In this document: positions 1-11,837 of the stretch, piece by piece | How positions within the stretch are numbered: the first letter of the stretch is position 1 | Layout: each line of letters starts with the position of its first letter | Notes under the pieces: generated by a model | Told to the model about the DNA's origin: nothing | What the model saw: only the letters and a program-made list of their open reading frames with translations | The model's database searches: none | Assembly (NCBI RefSeq): GCF_001949145.1 | Contig: NW_019091359.1 | Location: forward strand, 3,388,431-3,452,430 | Length of the DNA stretch: 64,000 bases | Reading direction: 5' to 3' | Origin: Acanthaster planci | Lineage: Eukaryota | Program-made: the position numbers and the translations under genes

Positions 1-531
1 AAAGACACAAGCGGTTTCAGGCAGCCAGTATTTTCATAGTTGCCACATTTTCAGTGTTCCTGATTCCTCCGTAGTTTATGTATATAAACATAAAATTGAC
101 AACACTGAAATTGAAGCAAAAAAAAGGTTGAATTCATGCACCTTAAGATGTTTTTGAGAACATGTGTTGATGACATTACCAACGTAGTGTTCATTTCTCA
201 TTTAGATCAAGTATTATTCACTTCAGTCCCGTTTTATGGAGCTGCTAACCAGATATGAAGACTAACCAAATTAAAGTTATCTGCTGAGTAAAAATCAGTG
301 AGGAACCAGTCAGAGGCAACATGCATCACATAAGTTTTTGGCTGGTCTCCTTTTATTGCCGAGTAAATATTTTCTATGCTTAGCAGTGCTAAACGGCTAG
401 ACTGCCAAAAACAAGTTTGAAATGTACTACCTAGTAAACATGAAAAGGTGCCTAATCAATCATGGGGGGCTGATATTATCTAGAGAACCTGTCATATTGA
501 ATCATCATCTACATGTTACACAGCAACATAC

Positions 532-3500
532 CTTTCCCTGGGATGGTGACTTGATAGTCTGACGGAGTGTGCAAAAACAGTAAAACCAGCAAGCCTAATC
601 CGCTCTGTATAGAGGTCAAAGAGCAAAAAATGAATGAATGTCAACAAAAACACATATTGAAAAAGTATCAGACAAAACAGGAAGTTCAACAGATCAGTGG
701 GGATGCGTACAGTTTGATCATGTCCGTGTCTAGTGTTGATGGTACCTGAAATGGCCTAACCCACTATGCATTTTGACTATCTGTAGGTATGAACAGAAAT
801 CAGTATGATGCAAACATATGACAGAGTGTAATTGATGGCAATAGGCACATACTGCATGCTTCAAATATTTATTCATTTAAATTGAAAATTTGTTGAAAGT
901 ACTGTACTGTTTCACACATGTTATCAAAGTCCAGAAAGTGCCTGCTTTAGCCTAGTACAAGCTAAGCCTCACTTGAATGTAAAAAGGGTCAATTCAGGAT
1001 GAATTCAACTGGAGCTAAAATCAGAGCTCATAACATAGTGCCAAAAAGATATACCTGAGAAATTTAAATTACCGGTAGCATTTCATATCAAGGTTTTTTT
1101 CAAATAAAGTTTTTACTTACAAGTAGCAATGATGGAATTAGGAAGGCCTGTCTCCAACCATGATGTGTCTGCAGGTGAACCTTGTAAATCATACAACAGA
1201 ACCATAGCAACAAAGTTTATGCTTGCAGAATCTTCAACTTGTTTCTTGTCGTGAATAATAATTTACTATTCAACTTAAAGGGTCCATGCGGACCTCCCCG
1301 AACGAACAGCCATTTTCTTCTTTATGTTGTGCCTGGATATGTCAGTCACAGTACAATTGGTGAAAAAAATGAATAAAATGTATTGAATTATTGTTAATTA
1401 CTGGTTTTCAAACACCCCCCTTTAAATCTCTAACAAACGGTGTGACATACGTTTAAGAACCAGCAAATCGTAGTCTGGTGCCATTTTGGCCGTCTGAAAC
1501 CCAGAGTAAGCACGCATGGCTTCCTTTGCGGCAGCATACGTGGAAATATCGTACCCTTTTCCGTTCACGCTTCTCTAAGGCTCCTCTTCATTTTTCTGGT
1601 TTTTTTCTTGGACTTGGCAAACGCTCTGTATTATTATTTTTCTCTTATCAATTACTAAAATGACTTTTATTTACAGGAAATCTTCTTAAACGTATAATTT
1701 TCCAATTGCAATGATAAAAACTGCTTTTCATGGGCCCTTCAATGCATTTTTATCGGACTCTGCAGTCATTCTTTAGAGTATGATGTCTTTCCATGAGTGG
1801 TATGCTAAGCAGTCAGTAGTACAGGAGAGTTCACCAGAGGGCCTCTGCATCGAATTTGGTCACAGAGACCACATATGCTTTCCAAGTTATTTGAGGCAAA
1901 ATTTACTATTTTGTAAGAGGAGGAGCACTGAGAATTTTAATGGGGGCTGGGGAACAAATCCCTTCCCCTAAAATGAAATAATCCATCCCTCTTCATCACT
2001 ATCTTCTCGCACAATCATCCTGGTTATATTGCAGAACAATTATAAAATTTACAGCCAAGGATGTATGGCTAGGGTACCAGAAAGAAATAAACAACAGCTG
2101 CCTCAAAAAAAAAATAGTATTGAGAAACTCTCCGAGGTGCAGAGACAACAAAGTCAATGATGAGACAATATTAAGCAAACAAATCTTTTCTATCCTCAAC
2201 TTACTGCCAAAGCAGTTCCCAAGACTCCTCCAGCAAATGTACAAGTCCCCCAAATACCAAAGATTGCATTGCGATGTTGGGTGGTATACCAGACTCCTAG
2301 ACCCTTGACGCAACTAGGCCAGGCCTGTGACTGAAGAGATGTGGGTAAAAAAAAGAGAAAAGCACACAGCACATTAGCTCCGCCTTTGAAGGTGTTGATC
2401 TAACATAACAAACAAAAGGAAAATCATATTTTTGACTACAAGTTGAAATCACAATACATATTTAACAGGTTTCTTAATTTTAGGTTATTCAATGATTTCA
2501 CCGTGAAACTTACAAGCAATAAGGATAGACAATTGTGAACTAGTTGACAATCAACAAGAAAGCAAAGGTTGAACCTACCGGTATGTTCCATACAGGAATT
2601 GGAATTTTGGACGATTATTATGAAAAGCTTTCACAAAATGAGGTAAACTGAGAGTGATTGGTTGAGATCTAAGATCAAAGCTTCAATTAAATGTACATGA
2701 GCCAAGTAAGTTGCATTATTCTGTTGATTTACATGTATACATTCATCTAAACAGACCACATAAATACATTCAACATCACATGCCATCTAACCTGGGCAGC
2801 TCCATTGATGAACAAAAGGATAGCATAGACGTAGAAACTCTGCCACGAACCAAAAGATGCCTAAAAATAGAAGGAAAAGAAAACTCAACACTACAAACTG
2901 ATTACATAAATGGTAGAAATCAAACGCACAGTTTATCTTTCATGTTCTAACAAACGATGAATGCTTTTGAGTATCAAATCCAAATTTCAAAATATTATCT
3001 TTGGTAGGTCAAACTGTTTAATACAAAATTGCATGTCATTTCTAGAAAGACGTTCTTTTTCCCCTGATTTTATTGAAACAGTTCCTTCAACAATTAAGCT
3101 ATACAGTCGATCTAAACTGACTTTGCAAGGAAACGTAGATTTACCATAGATAGGGCTGATATCAAGAGGCAGACAGCGAGTGTCCTACGAGGACCATACT
3201 TATCAGCACTGGATCCAAACACAATCTAGACAAATGATAAAATCAAGAAAGCACTTACTTCCAATTTGGGATTCTTTATCACCATTTCCACTTCATACAT
3301 GAATCCAGACTCCATTTGTTTGTCAGAATCATGTTTTGTTGCCAAACCCTTTCTATATTCCACCAGTAGGCTAAGGGCATACCTAAAAGTGTACACAGCC
3401 CTAACGTCTTGCAGGATTTTGAAATTTTCGCTTCCAAATGTCTTTATTAAATTGCAGATTCAGGCTGATATATCAAGAAGACCCTCATAAAGGAATCAGG

Positions 3501-6256
3501 TCAACTCGCCCCCTGGCCGACTCGCCCCTTACTGACTCGCCCCCTGGCCGACTCGCCCCTTACTGACTCGCCCCCTGGCCGACTCGCCCCCTTACTGACT
3601 CGCCCCCTGGCCGACTCGCCCCTTACTGACTCGCCCCCTGGCCGACTCGCCCCTTACTGACTCGCCCCCTGGCCGACTCGCCCCTTACTGACTCGCCCCC
3701 TGGCCGACTCGCCCCTTACTGACTCGCCCCCTGGCCGACTCGCCCCTTACTGACTCGCCCCCTGGCCGACTCGCCCCTTACTGACTCGCCCCCTTGCCAA
3801 CTCACCCCCTCACCGTCTCACCCCTTAGCATCGTACCCCTTTGCCAACTCGCCCCCCCCAGACGAGTGGCCCCCCCCAGCCGAGTCACCCCCTTGCCAAC
3901 TCACCTCCTGGAAAACTCGCCTACTGACTAAGTCGCCCCCTCAGAGGAGAGTCCGCTAGCTGGCTGAACCTTTAACCACATTTCTAAGTGACCTTACAGA
4001 AGGCAGGGTATTGAATTATTCAATAAACCGCTGGTTTGGGACATTAGCTAAATTTCAACTTTCAAAGTGAAAAAATGTGTCCTGGCGGAAGGGAAACTGT
4101 TGAAGATATCAGAGAATTGTATACGCCTAATAATTAAACTTTATCATAATAAAGTACGCTTACTTTAGTTAATGCTTTTGTTAAAGAATAAAACAAAGGG
4201 ACACATGCCAAACCATCAAGACTGGAAAATAGTTTAATTACAATTCTGCATTGAACTTTTTAATTAAATTGAATTGGATAGTGCACAATTAAGGGCAGTC
4301 TCTGTGTTCTTTCTCTGCAGTACGATTAATGGTTTGTTTTTTAAAATTACTGACCCTTCCAGTGCAACAGAGCTGCACTTAGGACATCACTTTGGAAACC
4401 AGTGGACTCTTCTCTGAGGGGGCGACTTGGTCAAGAGGCGAGTTTCCTGGGGGGGGGCAAGTTAGCAAGGGGGCGACTTGGCCAGGGGGCGAGTTGGCTA
4501 GGGGGCAGGATGGTAAGAGGCGAGACGGTCAGGGGGGTGAGTTGACCTACAATCCTCGTAATGATGCAGACATTGTGCCATCTGTACAGTTAACAACAGT
4601 TAACAACAGTTTTTCTAATCAACAACATTAGGCATAACAATGTTATAAACATTGGGGGCATACTGAGTGTACATTGATCCTATGCCTAGATTCATCTCTA
4701 CCTGAACTGTAGCATACGGAAACAGCATTGCAGTGTCCAACCATCCTAGCTCAGTTTTTGTCATTGACAACTCATTAGAAAGATCTGTCTTCACCTGTTC
4801 CCACAAAACATAAACAAAAACTAATCAATCACAAGAACGCTTAGAAACGTTAGCATGAACGAATACTAGTTAACTTATGTGAACATGAAAACTACTTCAA
4901 TATTACTTGCTCTGGTACCAAGATGTCATAATGCCAATGTTGATAAATAAAATTCAGTGGGACTAATGAAGTCATTGAGAATGATGCAGCAAACAAAGAT
5001 GATTGGGGGAAAGAGAAATTGATAATGACGGCAACAGTGAATGTGTTCTCCCCACAAATTTGGAGAACTTTGCATGTAGGGACGTACGACCCTGTCCATG
5101 CCTGTGTTACTTTACATGGAATTACAGAGGTATAAAGTATTTGCACTGGACTTCATGGCAATAATAATGAAGATTTGGTATGATGATTGTGAACAAAGAT
5201 GACATAAATGCCACAAATGATGAGCGACAATCAGAAGACTTAGGTTGATTNNNNNNNNNNNNNNNNNNNNNNNNNNNNNNNNNNNNNNNNNNNNNNNNNN
5301 NNNNNNNNNNNNNNNNNNNNNNNNNNNNNNNNNNNNNNNNNNNNNNNNNNNNNNNNNNNNNNNNNNNNNNNNNNNNNNNNNNNNNNNNNNNNNNNNNNNN
5401 NNNNNNNNNNNNNNNNNNNNNNNNNNNNNNNNNNNNNNNNNNNNNNNNNNNNNNNNNNNNNNNNNNNNNNNNNNNNNNNNNNNNNNNNNNNNNNNNNNNN
5501 NNNNNNNNNNNNNNNNNNNNNNNNNNNNNNNNNNNNNNNNNNNNNNNNNNNNNNNNNNNNNNNNNNNNNNNNNNNNNNNNNNNNNNNNNNNNNNNNNNNN
5601 NNNNNNNNNNNNNNNNNNNNNNNNNNNNNNNNNNNNNNNNNNNNNNNNNNNNNNNNNNNNNNNNNNNNNNNNNNNNNNNNNNNNNNNNNNNNNNNNNNNN
5701 NNNNNNNNNNNNNNNNNNNNNNNNNNNNNNNNNNNNNNNNNNNNNNNNNNNNNNNNNNNNNNNNNNNNNNNNNNNNNNNNNNNNNNNNNNNNNNNNNNNN
5801 NNNNNNNNNNNNNNNNNNNNNNNNNNNNNNNNNNNNNNNNNNNNNNNNNNNNNNNNNNNNNNNNNNNNNNNNNNNNNNNNNNNNNNNNNNNNNNNNNNNN
5901 NNNNNNNNNNNNNNNNNNNNNNNNNNNNNNNNNNNNNNNNNNNNNNNNNNNNNNNNNNNNNNNNNNNNNNNNNNNNNNNNNNNNNNNNNNNNNNNNNNNN
6001 NNNACTTAATATAACGGTTGTCCCCCTTGCTTCCTGGCATTCAATGAAAATCAACAAAAAAAGATAAAATTACCAAAGGCAAGTGTAGTAAAAATGTCAT
6101 CTTTGTACATATTATGAGGGAATGATTTGCCTTTTATAAGGCATTTTGTCAAGAAATGTTACTCACAACAGCTAGTGGTTTCCTAAGCAAGTAGGTTCCT
6201 GCATATGCCATCCAAGTCAGAGCAAAGATGCATGCCTGATGATACTTCAATTGCAT
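532..6256 (-). CDS. MFS transporter, SLC37/GlpT (organophosphate:Pi antiporter)-like; 5' part only, gene continues beyond window start
   Basis: Phase-consistent GT/AG exons 6256-6167, 4794-4702, 3225-3145, 2860-2792, 2330-2205, 1180-1121, 604-532 give MQLKYHQACIFALTWMAYAGTYLLRKPLAV/VKTDLSNELSMTKTELGWLDTAMLFPYATVQ/IVFGSSADKYGPRRTLAVCLLISALSM/ASFGSWQSFYVYAILLFINGAAQ/SQAWPSCVKGLGVWYTTQHRNAIFGIWGTCTFAGGVLGTALA/VHLQTHHGWRQAFLIPSLLL/SGLGLLVLLFLHTPSDYQVTIPGK. This contains MFS motif A (GSSADKYGPRR), the RKP motif after TM1 and the WP...W...R...GIW motif of the SLC37/GlpT family. Confidence 0.9.
3491..4556. mobile_element. Foldback/MITE-like element with long inverted arms built from ACTCGCCCC subrepeats, in an intron of the SLC37-like gene
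   Basis: Left arm aggaatcaggtcaactcgccccctggccgactcgcccctta; right arm reverse complement aggattgtaggtcaactcacccccctgaccgtctcgcctctta. The inner ends also match (tcagaggagagtccgctag versus ccagtggactcttctctga). The interior is AT-rich. Confidence 0.75.
3505..3784. repeat. 31-bp minisatellite, 9 near-perfect copies
   Basis: Unit ctcgccccctggccgactcgccccttactga, head to tail with no spacers. Confidence 0.95.
5251..6003. other. Assembly gap
   Basis: Run of N. Confidence 1.
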
Positions 6257-7299
6257 TCTTCTCCTTAAGAAAGAGGAACTTTTACTGATGCTTTAAATAC
6301 TCAGAAACTTTAATTCAATTCATTAAAACAGGTATGTGCACATACGAATTATACCGACGTACACCACAAATTTTTCCCAACGGTTACCTATTACCCATCA
6401 AAATGAAAGCCAAGCTATGATTAGTCATTGGAATGGAAGCAACTTGGGCCAATAGTAGTGTGGCTTTCATCTGTGGGTGATAGGAAAACAAGAAAGAAAA
6501 GATAAGAGTTGTGTTGCAATTGGTCAGCTGTCAATAATGCAGCTGACCTGTGAAAAAAGTTTGGTAACATTTGTCTTTCAAATGACTGCCCAAACTGTTT
6601 AGTGTCTCAGGTAACTGGATAATTTGCAAATATTTATGGATGAATACCTTTTTACAAATGTAAGTTTTGTGCCGCCAGGAGCCTCAGAAGATTTGCATTT
6701 GCGGAACAGGACAATCAATTGTACACATGATGTACATGCTGCTGATTTTCTGTAGTATGGATGGGCAAAATGCTCAAGAATTTCACCATTTTAATGAGGA
6801 TAAGGTGAATAAACCTCCCTATCTGACATCTAACTTCACCAAGAAGGCATGAATGAAATTTTGTTACACAAATAGCTATGATGGCAGAGTAAGCTGGTAA
6901 GTTGGCACAATCGAAATGCTTTCAAGGAGGCAGTCGGGCAATATTTTCATTGATGGGGTTTTTAAATTTGCGTCAATCTCCCGGCCCACACGAGGTGCAA
7001 ACCTAATACAGTTGGAGTGATGTGTCCTCTGGATGCTTTGCCGACTATATCATACGGATACAGAAACAGCAAAAATGAAATGTGTTTAGGCTTGTAGTGG
7101 CACTTAAAAACCCGTGTAGATGTTGTACCGGGGTTTGTAACTTAATGTAAGTTATGAAGATAGGGCCAGAGTCTAAAACATGCAAGTAAAGAAAACTGTG
7201 AACAGACGAACGCCCAATGTGAAGGTAGAAATTATAATTATCACATAATAATGGAAGAAATAGTCTCAAATCGATATGAAGGCATATACCTAATATAAT

Positions 7300-7500
7300 A
7301 ACGTACCTGAGTTGCCAACAAAGCCATGAAAGCAGACGACGACTGTCAAATGCGCAACTTCCAATATGTGCCTGTCACCTACCTGAGCGCAGTACATGTA
7401 AGTTTATTGGTCACTCGACTGCTTGAGGGCGCCCCTCTCTGAACCGTGGCGGCTCCGTGGATTTGTTTGAATGAAAAGGTTTGAAAGTAGGTGTAGGTCC
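7300..7500. promoter_or_regulatory. Putative bidirectional promoter and first non-coding exons of the SLC37-like gene (-) and the HNH-like gene (+)
   Basis: Minus-strand donor CAG|gtacgt at about 7306 and plus-strand donor-like AAA|gtaggt at about 7487. The region is locally CpG-enriched, with an ATTGG (CCAAT) box at about 7406 and the palindrome gagggcgccctc at about 7425. Confidence 0.5.
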
Positions 7501-8536
7501 CTTTGCCTTTTGACATTTAGTAATCTGATTTAAATTTTAATGAGTTTTAATAAAATTTCGAGTATTTTGCCAAACCATGGCCAAACTAAGTAGTGGCTGT
7601 ACGGCGATTTTTCGCCTCCAGTGCCCTGCTAGAGCAATGTTTTTACCTCAACTTTCACATTTAACCACAAAGAAATTTTATTTAAGTCTATCTATCTACA
7701 TGTATCGATCGTGTTTATCGATGCCCATGGCCGTTCTCGAATTCTCGCCAGCTATTGTCGAATGAGTCTGGTTTTCACAGTAAGTGGCGAAATAGGGGAT
7801 CTGGCGACTATACGGTCACAGACATTAGCCCTAGCTCGAGTACGATTCACCTCTTGTAACATAAACATGGTTGGGCCTACTTTTGCTCAACCAGTCTGAG
7901 CATTGCCACCGACATCCCACCGTCATGACCGTTCCTGAATTAGAGTCTGTGGACTGAATTTCATGACACTGAAATCGTTCACAATGGCTGAACCGTACTT
8001 CCAGAACTGGGAGTAGGCCTAACTGCAGAATACCCTGCCACTCTAAAAATGACCCCTGCCTGGAATGACTGGTTATGTAGGTGCAAGGTGAAAATCCCTT
8101 GAGAAGAGTGTGACACTGACCTAGGTTGTATCTGGCTGTGAGGTTGATCGCTTGGGGTGGCGGGGTATTCTGCAATTGAGCTCAGAAGGGCCCAGGATTT
8201 TACAAACTGAAAAAGGCATAGCTGAAATTTGCTATGGTGAGTTTGCTATCTGTAAGCATGGTAAGGTTCATAACAGTCTTGCAGTTCTGAAGTACATGTA
8301 GGCAACGTCAACATGTATGACAGTCATTGTCAAGCAATGTTTGGCAACACTGCCTGAGGACAGTAGGGAAACATCAAAGTGCGCCACTTTAGGCATGTGA
8401 GGGGATTCCACTGTACTCGCCGTGTCGCACTTTACAAGCCACGTGCATGCCTCCGCTACAAACAGCAAAATGTTGTACATTTTGGTATTTCCTCTCTTTT
8501 TCAGAAACCACATAACCCAGCAGACGATTACTGAAG

Positions 8537-11500
8537 ATGTGGGGCCCATTAGCTACATCCCGCCTACGACACAGTATCTTGGCTTCAGCAGACCGAGCCC
8601 CTGACTCATGTCCTTCCCTTTCAGCTAAGCTACCCTACTTGATCTTTAGCTGGGGAGTTGGACTAGTAACCTTCCCATCATGCCTTGGATTGATTCAGGT
8701 GATATAGTACTCACAGTTACTTTGTTACTGTTATCTAAACACATGACAGACTGTTACCGTTGTGATGAATATCAAGGATTTGGAAGAAGACAAGGTTACA
8801 AATCTGCTTAAATAGATCCTTTGCAACTAAAAAAAAAGATAAAGCACACAATTCCTCTGATGAACTTAGTGCTACAGCCCAAAGGCGTGCTCTTTGTTCA
8901 TGTAGGTTAAAAAAATTAAGAAAAGAGCATGACCATTTAGGAAAGATTTCCATATCTCCTTTTGTGACCTCCGACAATGTTTACAAGTGTGAGCTGAAGA
9001 GATGATTCCTCAGGCAAATGCAGTTTGCCCCAAACTGAATGGAAAGTGAAATACTAGGTGAAGGGAAATCTGTTATGTTTGAGGGTTAGCATGCACTAGC
9101 CAGATACAGAAATCTCGCAGCCATTTATTATTTCACTGCAATCAGATGTAGTGAGACCTGTGCAAAATTTGACATATTTAACCCTCGCTGTTCTTCACCC
9201 TTCATAGAAGGATTAGAGAACAAGGGCTCTGTATGAGATGTTAACATATTTGTTCATCCTTGGCTGCTAAGGTGTTGGTGTTTCGTCCACTGCGGCTGAC
9301 CTGTGCAGTGTGGGGTTCCAGTCTTCTCGGCCTGTGTTCCGTAGGTACATCTGGTCTGGCAGCCTCTGCAGTTACGACGGCCTGTGCAACCTATTTTTCC
9401 AAAATGAACACAGGTCAGTAAAAATTTCTGGGAAGTGTTCAATCATTTTGAAGATCTGATCTTTGGAGAGTTAAGGGTTCCAGTTTACACGTATATAAGA
9501 AGAGGTTTCCTTTCAGAAAAATAATCAATGATTTCTTCTTTCCACTTGCATATCCTTATTTTTTTTGCTCAGATTCATTCAGAGGCACTGTTTGTACCCA
9601 TAAATATTCTGGATTTCGAGAGACTGCTTTGATGTATGGAGTCTGCTCGTGCATTGTCTTTCTGTGTCTTGGTGGACGGTTCAGATCTGTGCTTCCCAGT
9701 AGCTTGGTTCATCCAGGTATGTAATGACATTAGCTGAATGAACACAGAATGGACGTAGGAAGAAGAGAAATTTTGTAATTATAGTGATAGGTTTCAAGAC
9801 CCATTTTAATTTTGTCTATTTGAAGACTTGAACATAGTACAGCGTTAGATAGAATTGAGATCATGGTGATATTGCCACTATCTTGATGTCAACAGGTTCT
9901 CATACATCAGGAATTGATCTCTGGCCAATGCTTAAGTTTGATTTCAAGTTTGATAAAAAGTTCCTTGCAACATGAAAGCTTTTGGACTTGTTGGATGTTA
10001 TGGAAATTTCAGAGGTCTGTACTTTAATTTTGTCAATTTCATTTCCTTTATTTGGGATGTACAACAAACTCTGTCTTTGAGGATATTTCTCATGGAATTT
10101 TTAATGATGGTCTTCTAGCATATTCAGTGTTAATGTTTTTGTTCTTTTCTGTTTGAATTGTCAAGGTGCCTTTGCCAGACATGGCCTCGCTGCAACGTTT
10201 AGTTATGCCACAACCAGAAAGAAAAAATCACTGCGAGCGACAGGCAAACGACATGGATGTCATACCTGTGGTAGGAGATGGTTTATCCAAGACTTCATTG
10301 CAGATCATCAACCTCCGCTAGCGGTAACTTCACAATCTTCAGAGTTTTTCCTTTTCAGTTCCCGCTAAAGTTTTCACTCATTCATGTACAAACATGCTTT
10401 TGATGTTAACTCTGTATGTAAACTCTGAGAATGTTTAAAAACAAGATTGACCAGAATGTAATAGGTTAAAATTGTAAGGGCCAGGAGTGTCAATTTCTTT
10501 AAGGATCTTTCTCAGTACTATTTCCAAAAGCTAAAATATGTATCTTCCACCTATTTCAAATTTTAGTTGATGTTAACTTTACAATGGAACCTCATCACTA
10601 AGAGCACTATTCATACAACATACTGCTTATAGCGAGCAAACCTGATGTCCCAATTCGGTGTTCTTTATGTTTTCAACTTCCTGTTATAACAAGGTCATCT
10701 ACAAAGTCAGAAGGCCCTTTAATTGAGGCTAAACTGTATTCATTGGCTGTGTTCTTCTACACCATAATTAACAAAATAGTGAAAGATTGCCGGTACATTT
10801 TTGCAGCAGTTCTTTGAGATGTGATCTAGACTTTCAATTAGGGTAAACTGAATGTTTATGTGGATGCTTCTTCTCATATGACGTTCTGGGCTTCAGTTAC
10901 TGGCATTGTCTAAAATCATGTTTGGTAATAAAATACAACCAAATAATAATAATTCTGATTTATATTGCGTATGTATCCATGCTGCTGGGTGCTCAAGGCG
11001 CATCATTATCCCTGCACATTGGGCCCAAAACAACTGAACATTCCTCAAACTATCTCTGCTCCCTGGGGAGTATACTAGCCTGATGTTACCCTATCAGGCA
11101 CAAACGGCTAATCCAAATCTACCCTGACAGGTAGCCATTTACTCCTGGGTGGAGAGAGGCACATGGGAGTAAAGTGACTTGCTCAAGATCCCAACATGCT
11201 GCCACCAGCTGGATTCGAACCCCAGGCACAAACGGCTAATCCAAATCTACCCTGACAGGTAGCCATTTACTCCTGGGTGGAGAGAGGCACATGGGAGTAA
11301 AGTGACTTGCTCAAGATCGCAACATGCTGCCACCAGCTGGATTCGAACCCCTGACCCTATGATCAGAAGCTACAAACCCTAACCTCTAGGCCACATCCCC
11401 CCCCCCGAGATTGTGCCAACAAGAGAATGATATTTTTCTCCAATTTTTGTGATAGGTAATCAGAGAGAGAATGATGCGTAAGCCCAAATGGTATGAGCTG

Positions 11501-11713
11501 TTTCACAAACAGTACCCGAAGCAAACCTTCTACCCACAATGCACTAGGTGCTCAGACATCCAGGGAGCACATCTGAGGACAGCTATCAGAGCTGAGCGTA
11601 TCCTGCCCAAATGGAGGCACATTGTGACCCACCCAATGGCGCTGAGATTGTACCATGTCTATCTACCTCTACCATTCCTGATACCAGCCATCCAAAGCCT
11701 CCTTGTAATGTAA
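8537..11713 (+). CDS. Uncharacterised 287-aa protein: hydrophobic N-terminal helices plus C-terminal HNH-like (CxxC...DH...CxxC) zinc domain
   Basis: Exons 8537-8698, 9272-9413, 9573-9716, 10166-10323, 11456-11713 (864 nt) join in frame at GT/AG sites: MWGPLATSRLRHSILASADRAPDSCPSLSAKLPYLIFSWGVGLVTFPSCLGLIQ/VLVFRPLRLTCAVWGSSLLGLCSVGTSGLAASAVTTACATYFSKMNT/DSFRGTVCTHKYSGFRETALMYGVCSCIVFLCLGGRFRSVLPSSLVHP/GAFARHGLAATFSYATTRKKKSLRATGKRHGCHTCGRRWFIQDFIADHQPPLA/VIRERMMRKPKWYELFHKQYPKQTFYPQCTRCSDIQGAHLRTAIRAERILPKWRHIVTHPMALRLYHVYLPLPFLIPAIQSLLVM*. Confidence 0.85.
10942..11396 (-). mobile_element. tRNA-derived SINE with internal tandem duplication, in last intron of the HNH-like gene
   Basis: On the minus strand: A box gtggcctagaggttagg, B box ggttcgaatcc, core cttgagcaagtcactttactcc...ccacccaggagtaaatgg, and tail gcgccttgagcaccc...ataaatcagaattattattatt. 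A segment of about 128 bp (about 11095-11223) is repeated at about 11223-11351. Confidence 0.8.
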
Positions 11714-11837
11714 GTTGCCTGCGGCTTGTGCACTGTTTGTCAATTGAAAATGTCAGAAGCCACTAGCTAGTGACCTCCATAGATGTGTGTGATGTCTAGC
11801 CATAGTCAGGTCATTTGGACAGTCTTTAGCCGAGCCA

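Noticed and set aside
3505..3784. 31-bp repeat array as a CRISPR array
   Set aside because: The units are contiguous with no unique spacers, there are no cas genes, and the context is a eukaryotic intron. It is a minisatellite within an inverted-repeat element.
5122..6057. Long ORFs of 250-311 aa (also 11753-12604)
   Set aside because: Artefacts of translating N runs.
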